The notes beneath the pieces were generated by a model. That model searched no databases and was not told the origin of the DNA. It saw only the letters and a program-made list of their open reading frames with translations. 64,000 nucleotides of DNA from Tubiluchus corallicola (lineage: Eukaryota > Animalia > Priapulida): the NCBI GenBank assembly GCA_030141605.1, contig JAQGDQ010000730.1:20245-84244 (forward strand), given 5' to 3'. Both the position numbers and the translations under genes were made by a program. Shown here in pieces: positions 50,803 through 62,270 of the stretch (position 1 is its first letter; each line of letters begins with the position of its first letter).

Positions 50803-52329
50803 GTCTAGTTTACATGGATAGATTTCCTTAACAAGCTCACCTGCAACAAAATACTTAGTCAATTTGTTAGTGTTTCTATCTGGTACCTGACTAATTACCT
50901 GCATTGTTTGGTCATAAGTCATTTATTTCACATTACACATTTACAATAGTTTCATGTACAATATCTAGTGAAAGGGCCTACAATGGATATAATACAAATA
51001 AGAAATACTGCACAGGAAAAGCCTCAAACACTGTTCACCTATATACGAAGGTAAATGTGTTGCGGGCAATCAAAAAGCAGAGCTTGTTAGATTGTCCCAC
51101 ACAGTGATAGAAAAAAAGTAATGGAAATAATCTGAAAATTTAAAGTGAATCGTGTGATAAAAAACATTAGTGTTTAAAATGGAATGATGTAATGAATGAA
51201 GCTCATATATGAGATGATATAAAAGATAGAAAGACTATTATTTGTTAATAGTATGTAAAATTAAGATAACTTGATTTAAGCTAACACCACTGTTTTGCAA
51301 CTACTGTGAGGATGGATACTGTAGCATGGATGTTTAGCATTTTTTTAAATCTAGTAATGGATCTGCTATTTTTTGCGGATTGACAAATCTCATTCCAGAC
51401 TTTTGGTCTTTGAAATATTATAAAATGTTTGGCTGTGTTGGTTCTACAGAAAGGCACAATGTATTGATTAAATCATGTATTATGTCTCTTAGGTGTCAAT
51501 TTGACAATTTTTATTATCCGAGCCTGATATTTTTACCTGGATCCAACAATAAAAATGCAGATTTTATGTGTAATACGGTATCCATTGTAGGAGAATTTAA
51601 AATTTAAATGTCACTTTCTGCTAGGCCCTTCTACCTACTAGCAAAGTATTAACTGCTGAGTTAGCAGTATGCCAGGCTAACAGCCAGTAGGTAGATAGCA
51701 GATCAAAGCATTTTTAGTGTAGTGACTACCAAAAAAAAACTGTGACTTTTCTTTCCCAAAACGTTATCTGTTCAAATAAAATTTTTCATTAACTTTTAAG
51801 AAGCTATTTCAAGCCACTAAGAAAGATGTGAATAAACAAATTGTTGAGTTTAATAACAGCACACAAAATTATTTTATTCCCGCAATCGCAATTTTTTATT
51901 GTTAAGCACCAAAATTCCTGATACACGTAACATGCTAAAATTTCTGAAAAGCTTAAACATGTAAAACACTAAGTGTGGAAATTTCATCAAACCAGATAAA
52001 AATAAAAAAGGTTATACGAACAATATAATTATAAAAAAGGCTATACGAACAAATTTAATACCAATTCAGTGCATTTTTGCTACATGCTACCTATTGACAC
52101 CATCGTCCTTATTATTCCATTGCCATTATCGAAAGACGGTTACGTCCACTGCAGACAAATTTTAATAGTGTTCTAACAGAAATGATAACAGCTCTTCTGA
52201 ATTTCATATTTTGCGCGATTTTAGCAATGTGCGAAACTTAATTTTTTGTCGAGTGGTATTTCAAGGTGCCACCGCTACGTAACGCACAACCAATTCTACG
52301 TGTCCCACATAAATTTTGCAATATACATG

Positions 52330-52330
<1 letters not shown>

Positions 52331-52361
<31 letters not shown>

Positions 52362-52372
52362 TTATTATTATA

Positions 52373-52425
<53 letters not shown>
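52331..52425. repeat. (ATT)n microsatellite
   Basis: Direct inspection. Confidence 0.95.
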
Positions 52426-52426
<1 letters not shown>

Positions 52427-53254
52427 CATTTTCATCTATAAGTTTAGTAAATTGTGCACTATTTAAAAAAACCTTAGAGGTTGCACAAACAGATCAAAAT
52501 AGAATCTTTTTGCTGTCACCTCGTGTTTCATTGTTTCATTATTTCTTTCTATTTAACTCCTTTCTATTTTATTTCTCTTCTCTTTTTCTCTATCTTTGTC
52601 TATTATTTTATCTTAACTATCTATCTATCTTTTATATCATCCATTTTTGAGCTTCATTCATTACACCATTCCATTCTGTAGCACTAATGTTTCCTGTATC
52701 ATACGATTCACTTCAAATTTCCAGATTATTTTCATTACTTATTTTTCTTTCACAGTGTGGGACAATCTAACAAGCCCTGCTTTTTTATTGCCCGCAACAC
52801 ATTTACATTTGTATATATAGCAAACGTAAACTATAATATATCTAACCTAGTTATGTGCTCAAGGTAAACTGTATACGAATTTACTAAGCAACATACAACA
52901 GTGGTAATTCTCTTGTTTATCTTTCAACCCCACAGTGTTTTGAGAATCAAGTCAGTATATTTGTAATGATGCTGTACCTAACGTTGTTTAGACACCAGTA
53001 TTAAAGAAAGTAGCGATATCACTATCTTTGTTTACCATAGGTTGACCTACATCTAGAGAAAGTTTATATCATTTTTTCCAAAATTTGCTTTCCATTATGT
53101 ATCTTACTGCTTGTTATTATTGAAGTAGTGATAACCTTTTGTTTCTTTTAATGTATTAATTGTGCATTTGTGTTGATGTGAAATAAATAAACAAATAAAC
53201 AAATGTAAGAAAAGTCCATTCGTTTTTTTCAGAAAACAGAAAAAAGTTGTCATC

Positions 53255-53435
53255 TAAGCTTGCAATTTCCCACATGCAGCAAATTAATATGTGAGGTGGA
53301 TTAGGATTAGGGTTTGGAACGATTGGGGTTAGGCTTAGGGTTGGGTTAGGGTTAGGGTTAGGGTTGGGTTAAGTTTGGGATTAAGGTTAAGGTTAGGGTA
53401 TTTAAATTGTGTGGAGAATTGTATACTCCTTCCCA
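53255..53435 (-). mobile_element. Helentron/DINE-like element, copy 2, with (TTAGGG)n-like core
   Basis: GGTATTTAAATTGTGTGGAGAATTGTATACTCCTTCCC closely matches the reverse complement of 4191-4229. Confidence 0.55.
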
Positions 53436-54668
53436 AAAGATTTCCTGACAATTCTATATCCACTGTCACTGACTTCAGCAAGCAGGTCCATGTGTGGCAA
53501 TATGATTCATGCAGTGTTAAATAATAATAGTAATGTGTAAAGTTTGGAAGAATCATTAACCAGAGTATTCGTAGCACACTCTTCTCTAACTAAAAGCTAT
53601 AAGTGAACCAATAAATTACCCTATATTGTCAAAAAGATCATTAAATTTAATAAGTTTTCTGTAATATGAGCCTGTAGTGCACATTGGGATGGTGAAATAG
53701 TGATGCTTTTCCAGTTATTTATGTTTTTTAATCAAGTAATCTTAATGCTAATAAAGTAATGTAACTTTGTAAGGAAAGATTTAAGGACATACCTTGAAAT
53801 TCTCTTTTCAATTCTCTTTATATCTAGTTTGCTACTGAATGGTAACAGAAGATGTCTGTTTAGTAGTACTCTTGTAAAAATTCCAGGAAAATTCATGTCT
53901 CTCTACCAATTCTCTCTGCTACAAGGACTTCACTTTCATTGAAATCAATTGAAATAAAAGCAAAGGGCCAAAGAGGTCAATTTGCTTCTTTCATCATTCT
54001 CAAAGCACTACCTTTTTTGTGTTTAGTCTTTCTTGCTTTGTTTTCCTGTACTAAGAATCACCTTGCGCAGTGGCACCTATAAAAGCGATTAATAATTTGT
54101 TTGCATTTTTGCACAAATATGTGTCACTGTCAATCTCTGGTAGCCATTTTTCTCGCAAGTGTGACTATTATCTAACTTAAGTGATGATTTTTGATTTCCC
54201 AAAGTGTTAATTTTGCTGCACGTTAGAAATTGCTGTTGCAAATTTTGACATCTGTGGGGAAAGTAAAAGAATCGTAAATTATTGTTATCGATTGGTTTGG
54301 TTTGGTGGCAACACGCAAGCGCACTTTTCTAGTTTAACAGTAGGAAAATGAAAACCTTTTAAGTTTTGTTTTTTACACTAACGCAAAGAAAATGCTCCCT
54401 TTCCAATCAGATAACGTCAAAACAAATTAAAACATCATTTCTGTATGTGCGACTGAATTATTTTATGATAACTAATTCATCTGTTTACATACGAAATCGC
54501 GTGCCTTTGCTGTGTTAAGCCGAGTAGAGTATGATTTTGATTGACTCTGTACTAGTTACTACACAGTACCTACACTGGTTCATGATAAACTTCTTAATAT
54601 TTTAACGGAAATGATCTTTTGTTATACGTAACGAAACGTTATCTCTTGGCGCGTTCGGAAAAATAGAT

Positions 54669-54686
54669 ATGAGCGACTCAAAGAAG
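54669..54686 (+). CDS. MDM1: MDM1-like gene, putative coding exon 1
   Basis: ATG AGC GAC TCA AAG AAG|gtactt; phase 0 fits the next exon and gives MSDSKK-TEYLEQYKW (compare MDM1 MPVRFK-GLSEYQRNFLW, from memory). Confidence 0.5.
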
Positions 54687-56271
54687 GTACTTAGTTTGTC
54701 AGGATCATACCTTGACGCCTTATAATCCCTTGGTACTTTAGCTGGCACTGCACTGTACTGTAAGCAAATTGCACGTAGTTTACAATTTAATTGCAGCGAT
54801 GAAACTAGTATTTTACCTCAGATCATCAAAAATCGCTCTGTATTTTTTTGCATTATTATGATATATTATGACTCCATTATACATTCGCTTGCTTATGTCT
54901 AACATTTATGCTTGTGTTATAAAGTAAATTTCAGTTACCATTGTTATTATATTGCTGTTGTCAGATTTTTATTTCAGTTCAGTTTTATTTCAGTTATTTT
55001 CAGTTAAATTTTTTTATATTATGCACTTATTATTACTGTGTATGAATTGTACTAACACGTTATAAGCATATCAATTTAATGTCATTCGTAGCAATTTAGT
55101 TTTTATTATAAGCAGTACTAACACTAATACACGGTAGCATAGCGAAAATAAAAAATGTTCATAACTAACCAAAGGGCAGCTGACTAGATGACCAATTGGG
55201 CTTTCGCTGCCCTTTCTTCACATTTTTCTTAACCAAATTAATTGTATTATAACTGTGTGTGTGTTAAAAGATAAAAGATTATTATTATTCCTTAGTCTAA
55301 GCCAGCGGCGCGTATGATTACCAACTTTTTATCTTGTTTTATTGGTGCAAAATAGCCAGAAACCGAGAAATTCAAACATTATTGGCATCTGCATCATATC
55401 AGTGGGGATAAATCTGTTCTATAAACATATGTATTAAATTGTTTTTCAATTACATAAGTTTTTCAAACAGGTAAGCGTAATGCTAAGTAATGTATAATTT
55501 TGTATAGAAATTTTTTTGGGATATAATTTAAAATTCCCTTTCTTCCTCTTTGCAAAATGTGTGTTTTTTATTTTTTGTTAATTCAGGAACAATTGTGTAT
55601 ATAATATATGCACGTGTATCTATGTGTATATATGTAGTATCAATATATATATATGTAGCCATTAGTACTATTCATTATAACGTAATTTTACAGCAGATAG
55701 AGGCCTCATGACTATCTAGATGTCTTATTGGAAATGTACCATATTCAGTACTAACATATAAATGAAAGTTAAGATTTAAGGCAATTCTATCTGCGTAAAT
55801 TTACACATTGCTTAGAATATCAACATTATATGTATTTATTATGCCTTTATGTCCATGATATTTATGTTCAAATTTAAACTTAATCTCAATAGTTTTACAC
55901 ACCTTATTCTGAAATCTTCGTCAAGATAATTGCGCGTATCACTAATAGCAACATTACTTACAGGGTGGTTGACTTTGGTAACTTTTAGTTTTTCGCCACC
56001 CTTTCACCAATCACTTGAATATCATTGACTCAGATAATTTATTCATTTAATAATCTTGTCGCTTAATATCATATTACCATATTATCGTACCATGCATTGT
56101 GTTTGTCTTGTAAAAAAAGGTGATAAATAAAGCTACTTACTTACGTAACTTACTTACTTACTTACTTACTTAACTTACTTACTTGAATTTGAATTTGAAA
56201 TTGGTTTTACTGAAATGGGAAGGTATTGCTAGTGATTTTGTGGTGATTTAGTTCGTTTTTTTTTGTTTTAG

Positions 56272-56368
56272 ACAGAGTACTTAGAACAGTATAAATGGGT
56301 GGAGCCCGGACCACCGACAGTCAAAGATGCAAAGTTGCCTAAAAACAAAGTTGATCATATAAAGGAGG
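56272..56368 (+). CDS. MDM1: MDM1-like exon 2
   Basis: Strong poly-T acceptor; TEYLEQYKWVEPGPP...KE G|gtaatt; carries the (S/T)EYxxxF/YxW repeat motif. Confidence 0.7.
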
Positions 56369-56429
56369 GTAATTAGCCGTAAAATTAATGTTCGTATTTT
56401 TCTATACGTAGACAAAGCTTACTTGGCAG

Positions 56430-56839
56430 CAGGGGCAGAACTAGGGGGGGGGGGAGCGAGAGGGGCGCCCTCCCTGCAAAATCGGACAAGTAATTTTTTT
56501 GCAGTGAAAATTGCAGTTCGCATGTAATCATTTTCAATATGAATTAGAATTAGGTAAAAAAAATGTTGGGTTTTGGTATTATTTTCTTAAAACTTGTGTG
56601 TGATAAATTTTTGTAAATAACAATTTAGTTAGAGGCACATTAATAACGTTAGGTTAACTGAGAGTTAATTTTTTCATTGTTGCTTTGTACGGTACGCCAT
56701 CCTACACACATGCTAATTATAGGCCTGCATGCAGTATAAAAGGGGTTAAAGTTGGCTTAACCATTATTTAACTACTTCGGATACCTCGCCCTCCCAGAAG
56801 ATTTTTGCCCCCCCTGCTTGCCACATCTAGTTCCGGCTG
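56430..56839 (-). mobile_element. hAT-type MITE, family E copy 2
   Basis: Reverse complement of 40451-40966 without the nested insert. Confidence 0.72.
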
Positions 56840-57521
56840 TGCGAGGTGTTTTTTATTTTTATTTTTGAAACAGTGACAGGATAAACAATTTATTTTTAAC
56901 TGTGAGATGTTAGCCAGGGTTAATTGGTGACATGAATTATGATTTTCACAAATCTCTCATTAAAAAACTACAAACAGTGTAGAAACTGTCTTTTATAACT
57001 AGTTTTTTATATGTAATTTGCCAAACTGCAGTCCAGTATTCTATCGCAGTGTTTACTTAAATAAATGGTTGTACGGCCCCCGATTCGTCATCAAAACTAA
57101 TCATCTAAGATGATGGCAGAGTGCAAATTTAATGCCGGCCCTTCCGGAAATTGAGCGTAAATTTGCTCACAGACAGGGGGAAGTCACCTGTATGCCGGTA
57201 TGCTGCTCCCTCTGGCGATTAAGCTAAACTTGCCATGTTCACTGTATCTCTGTCTTAATGTATCTTTTCCAAATTGGCACATGCATTTCCTATGCCTCGC
57301 TACATAATTGTAATTATTTCGTCATACTTATTCTATTTAGTTCTATTTCAAAGGGCACCCGATTTAAGGGATGATTCTTTCTGTTCCGGGAGGTGTTCCT
57401 TATTTTCCAGGGCGACCATATTTTATTTGCGTTTTGGTAGTTTTCATATTGGTAGAATTTTAAACTTTCTTCCAATGAGTTAGGGCAATTTCTCTAATGT
57501 CGCTTTTGTCGACTTTTTCAG

Positions 57522-57676
57522 CCTGGACCGCATTGTCGGGACCCAAGTTCGAACCTCAAAAAGTGGAAAAGGCCGGAAGTGCCAAAGAGAAAGAACGAGG
57601 AAGAAAACCAATAAAAAGCAAGATGTCACTAGACGAACCTAAAGAGGTTCCAGCAGCTGGTATCAGATACATGAAG
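57522..57676 (+). CDS. MDM1: MDM1-like exon 3 (3' boundary uncertain)
   Basis: tttttcag| AWTALSGPKFEPQK...RYMK; a phase-0 donor AAG|gtttta is needed to join the next exon. Confidence 0.6.
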
Positions 57677-58315
57677 GTTTTATTTTAAACAGATTCACTT
57701 TCATTTTTCTTTCATTAGCTTCTTCGTCACTCATTCTATTCTTGTAGCTTAACATCAACATCGCTTTTACTTAATGCGTAAGTAACAGTTCTTGTAACCG
57801 GGTGCCTATTAAACTTTACTGTTTCAAGTAAACTATTGCACTCATATCTCAGTTTGCCGGAGGAAAGCGGGGAGACATCGGTCCGAATTAGCCAATTATC
57901 TGTATTTGCCGGTTGTCCGTATTTACCAATACTAAACTAATACAGTAGGTGCCGTGTGTTAGACTCATGGTAATGTAGAATCAATTGCCTAATTGTCTGA
58001 AAAATGCCTAAGTACTGGCCGCACCTATGCAAAAGTATATAAAAACTGTCTGCAATTGACACAAACAACTCTGCATAATTGACTCTATATTTTTATATAC
58101 AGAGATATACACGTGGTTACACTGATGTAATGATGTAAACAAAGTGACGGCCTGCCAACTAGTGGTCAGCTTTCGAAACAACGGACTGTGTTCGTAGTAT
58201 GCGCGACTTTTTAACGGTCCAGATTTTGTGCGATTCTTCCGTTATCCGTAAAAAAACATCCCGGGAAACAGAGATATGAATGTACTTGTTTTTTTCATTA
58301 ACTCATATTTTACAG

Positions 58316-58594
58316 ACGGCTAAACCAAATCTTCATGCTCACACCACGTACACAGGCGGTAACCGTAGAGCCACGTCCGAAGTCAGGCCGGCTATCTCAG
58401 CCAGTAAGCCGGACAAGGCGCTCTCCTCTTCGATGGGACCCGTGTACCGGTCAACGGAGGGCTTGACCAAGGCTCCGGATAGAATGTCCAAATCTGCCGA
58501 AACTCTCGATGAACCGCGACGTAAAAATGACGGAGCAAAGGGTAGTGGTTTCGTTCAAACTGACCTGGATCGTGGAGTAACTGAATCGGGTTTA
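58316..58594 (+). CDS. MDM1: MDM1-like exon 4
   Basis: ttttacag| 93 open codons TAKPNL...ESGL |gtaagt; phase 0-0. Confidence 0.7.
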
Positions 58595-58606
58595 GTAAGT
58601 ACCTCA

Positions 58607-59055
58607 ATTACAGGTAGTCACTAGACTTTTAACATTACAGGTAGTCATTAGTCTTTTAACATTACAGGTAGTCGTTAGTCTTTTAACATTACAGGTAAGT
58701 CGTTAGTCTTTTAACATTACAGGTAGTCGTTAGTCTTTTAACATTACAGGTAAGTCGTTAGTCTTTTAACATTACAGGTAGTCGTTAGACTTTTAACATT
58801 ACAGGTAGTCGTTAGACTTTTAACACTACAGGTAAGTCGTTAGTCTTTTAACATTACAGGTAGTCGTTAGTCTTTTAACACTACAGGTAAGTCGTTAGTC
58901 TTTTAACATTACAGGTAGTCGTTAGACTTTTAACATTACAGGTAAGTCGTTAGTCTTTTAACACTACAGGTAAGTCGTTAGTCTTTTAACATTACAGGTA
59001 GTCGTTAGTCTTTTAACATTACAGGTAGTCGTTAGACTTTTAACATTACAGGTAG
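58607..59055. repeat. 27/28-bp minisatellite, about 17 copies
   Basis: Unit ACATTACAGGTA(A)GTCGTTAGTCTTTTA. Confidence 0.95.
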
Positions 59056-59138
59056 CTGTTAACTTATGAGACTTACGTCCAGATTGTAATTTAATTAATT
59101 AATTCGATTAATGTTTAAATATCATAATGTTGCTTTAA

Positions 59139-59596
59139 CCCTTTCATGCCCGTTGTATCCCGTGGGATACGAGAATATTTTCTGCCTTTAAAATTAATAA
59201 AATTTTAAAACTAACAGTTATTTGATCTGTTAATAGTTGTTTTGATTAAAGCCAATAACAATAGATTAAAAATGGTGATAAAATGGCAAACTAGAAAATC
59301 TACATAGCATAAAAAACTGCGCAAGGTACGGTACTTTAGAGACGACTTTGTACAGATCAGCATAGCATGCATACTAAATGTCTTAAATACTTTAAAAAAT
59401 TATCAGCAGTTGCAAAATGAAGCACATTTTATGCTTCCATTGAATCCCAATGTATCCCGTGGGATACAGGCTATATTTAGCACGCGGGCACAGGTAGAAA
59501 AAAATTATTATTATGTGTAAACAAGATGGACATACTGAACAAAAGTACGAAGCCAAAAAATTTTTCTAATTAAAAAATAATTTGGGACTGAAAGGG
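59139..59596 (-). mobile_element. piggyBac-like MITE, family D copy 3
   Basis: TTAA|CCCTTTCA...TGAAAGGG|TTAA; inverted relative to 39608-40052. Confidence 0.87.
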
Positions 59597-59848
59597 TTAA
59601 AAATAAATAAATTTCCAGGTATATTGTTACCTATATTTCATAAATTATGAAGTTAAATGTGATTTTGGTCAATTAGATTCAAACTTAATTTCATATTTCG
59701 GTTGATTAGGCCTGGAGACCCTAAAACTTCACAGTCGTCAGAATTGAAGATAAGCCTCATTGCTGGTAAAGGCGTGTCACAAACTATTATGTAAATGAAA
59801 ATTTTGTTTTGGTAACATCCCTAATGCTGAGCGCGTGTATTACTACAG

Positions 59849-59977
59849 GACAACCAGGCATTGAAGTACAGAGCCGGTATAGGCAGACGGAAGAATGAAA
59901 CGCCTCGAGTTTCTGAGTACAACACGCAGTTCAAGTGGAAGGGCAGCGATGCATTTCCTGTCGTTCTTGGAGAACGG
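59849..59977 (+). CDS. MDM1: MDM1-like exon 5 (conserved core); the gene continues downstream
   Basis: ctacag| DNQALKYRAGIGRRKNETPRVSEYNTQFKWKGSDAFPVVLGER |gtaaag; matches MDM1 LLRKKAGL...SEYQRQFVWK as recalled. Confidence 0.8.
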
Positions 59978-60015
59978 GTAAAGAGTTAATCGATCTTCCA
60001 GTGTCATTGTGTAAT

Positions 60016-60433
60016 TAAATAGTGTGCTTGACCGTTGTGGTTTTAAATGGTGTGCTTGACCGTTGTGGTTTTAAATAGTGTGCTTGACCGTTGTGGTTTT
60101 AAATAGTGTGCTTGACCGTTGTGGTTTTAAATAGTGTGCTTGACCGTTGTGGTTTTAAATAGTGTGCTTGACCGTTGTGGTTTTAAATAGTGTGCTTGAC
60201 CGTTGTGGTTTTAAATAGTGTGCTTGACCGTTGTGGTTTTAAATAGCATGCTTGACCGTTGTGGTTTTAAATAGTGTGCTTGACCGTTGTGGTTTTAAAT
60301 AGCATGCTTGACCGTTGTGGTTTTAAATAGTGTGCTTGACTGTTGTGGTTTTAAATAGTGTGCTTGACCATTGTGGTTTTAAATAGTGTGCTTGACCGTT
60401 GTGGTTTTAAATAGTTTGCTTGACCGTTGTGGT
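60016..60433. repeat. 28-bp minisatellite, about 15 copies
   Basis: Unit AAATAGTGTGCTTGACCGTTGTGGTTTT. Confidence 0.96.
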
Positions 60434-60563
60434 GTGTGGTGTAAGTATATATAAACTTAGTAGCTTTTAAGATCAATAATGAAACGTCCTGATAAAATAA
60501 AAATGGGAAATTGCTAAGGCGCGCATTTTTGACAAGATTATAAAAATCATTAGGTCTATTTAA

Positions 60564-60930
60564 TAGAGGTGAACATCGAACGTCTAAATTCGATTCTATA
60601 CTAAATTTATTGATTCGAATAATTCAGCACTTCAGTCACACACGTTCTTTATCATTAAAATGTTTGAAACGTCATGCAATTAGCATAATTTAGCTGTGAT
60701 TTCTGTGCAAAGTTTTTTAAAATACACATAATGGTTTTATTGCAGAACAAAATCGAGTAATATGCATGATCTTTGTAAGACCACTTTTTACTGGTGGTTC
60801 GAAAACTTGTTCAAAAATCTTTCAAATTCAATTCGAATTCGAAATTTTGAAGTTCGGTTCGATTCGAATTCGAAAGTCACAAATTCTATTCGATTCGAAT
60901 TTGCTTCCTGGTAGAGAATGTTCACCCCTA
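60564..60930 (-). mobile_element. hAT-type MITE, family C copy 2
   Basis: TAGAGGTGAACAT...ATGTTCACCCCTA; flanks CTATTTAA/CTATCTAA. Confidence 0.85.
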
Positions 60931-61179
60931 CTATCTAAATACAGCCTTTGAAGGAAAGTCGAATTTATTCTTTTACATTTTGATTTGAACACATAGATAT
61001 GGACTGCAGCCCCATCTGTTGGGCGTTTTTCGAAGCTGGTTTTATACCAGGCATTGCCATAACAGCAGATACACCGGTCTGAATTGTACTGGGTGGAAAA
61101 TGGAGACAAAATTACCAAAAAAAAACTAGATGTCATTGGGATTATAATAACTAATAAAATTCATCACATGGAAACTCAT

Positions 61180-61306
61180 CCTCCTCCTCCTCCTCCTCCT
61201 CCTCCTCCTCCTCCTCCTCCTCCTCCTCCTCCTCCTCCTCCTCATCCTCTTCCTCCTCCTCCTCCTCCTCCTCCTCCTCCTCCTCCTCCTCCTCCTCCTC
61301 CTCCTC
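61180..61306. repeat. (CCT)n microsatellite
   Basis: Direct inspection. Confidence 0.96.
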
Positions 61307-61854
61307 GTGTACTGCTTCAGCATCAGCAGCAATTTTCTGCGAAAGTTTAAGGAACATGTCCTGACAAAACAGAAACAGGAAATTGCTAAATGTGTTGAAA
61401 TGTTACTCCAATCCCTTCTGTAAAATAACTAACTAATTAGCTAAGAAACTAATCAATTTCACTTGCACCATTTGCCTTATACACGCAATTCGTTGATTGT
61501 GCGGCCATTCACTGAAGACGAGATGGCAGCACACTTAAAAAGATATCCACCATTGCTTATTGCTTTAATACGTTTCCCTGCTACACAAATTCTAAGCATT
61601 TTGTACACGTACAAAAAAGTTACTCGGCACAAATACAAACTTCTGTACGCAAAAAGTTTAACACGCGACAACTCGTTGGCCCAATCCGATGCGTCACCAC
61701 GATGAACGCAGACGCAGATATCCCATAATGCTTTTCAGACAATTGTCCTTATCCTGCCGTGACATCATTCGTCACATGTAACCGAAGTTTAGTAGAATTT
61801 GGGAACCGCAGATGTTCAGATTGATGACATCTAAAGCATTTTATTAATTAATTC

Positions 61855-62210
61855 TTGTTTGTTGTTGTTGTTGTTGTTGTCGTTGCTGCTGCTGCTGTTG
61901 CATTAAAAGCGTGTTCATGGAAAGCCTTGACAATTGTTGTTGTCGCTACTGCTACTGCTGCTGTTGTAGTCGTTGCTGCTGCTGCTGCTGTTGCATTAAA
62001 AGCATGTTCATGGACAGCCATGATAATTGTTGTTGTTGTTGTCGTTGTTGCTGCTGCTGCTGTTGCATTAAAAGCGTGTTCATGGAAAGCCTTGGCAATT
62101 GTAGTTGTTGTCGCTACTGCTACTGCTGCTGTTGTTGTCGTTGCTGCTGCTGCTGTTGCATTAAAAGCGTGTTCATGGACAGCCCTGATAATTGTTGTTG
62201 TTGCTGTCAT

Positions 62211-62246
<36 letters not shown>

Positions 62247-62270
62247 ATTAAAAGCGTGTTCATGGACAGC
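61855..62270. repeat. Compound repeat: GTT/GCT runs alternating with GCATTAAAAGCGTGTTCATGGA (5 copies)
   Basis: Direct inspection. Confidence 0.9.

Noticed and set aside
50803-50922. 40-aa N-terminal extension of MUS81 in the ORF track
   Set aside because: Crosses a strong acceptor at 50841; recognisable homology starts after Met at 50802
59710-59765. Small exon-like segment (PGDPKTSQSSELKISLIA)
   Set aside because: Phases do not match the flanking phase-0 exons
60998-61350. Possible next MDM1 exon (IWTAAPSVGRFSK) and a poly-Pro ORF
   Set aside because: In-frame TAA and only a weak donor; the poly-Pro comes from a CCT microsatellite
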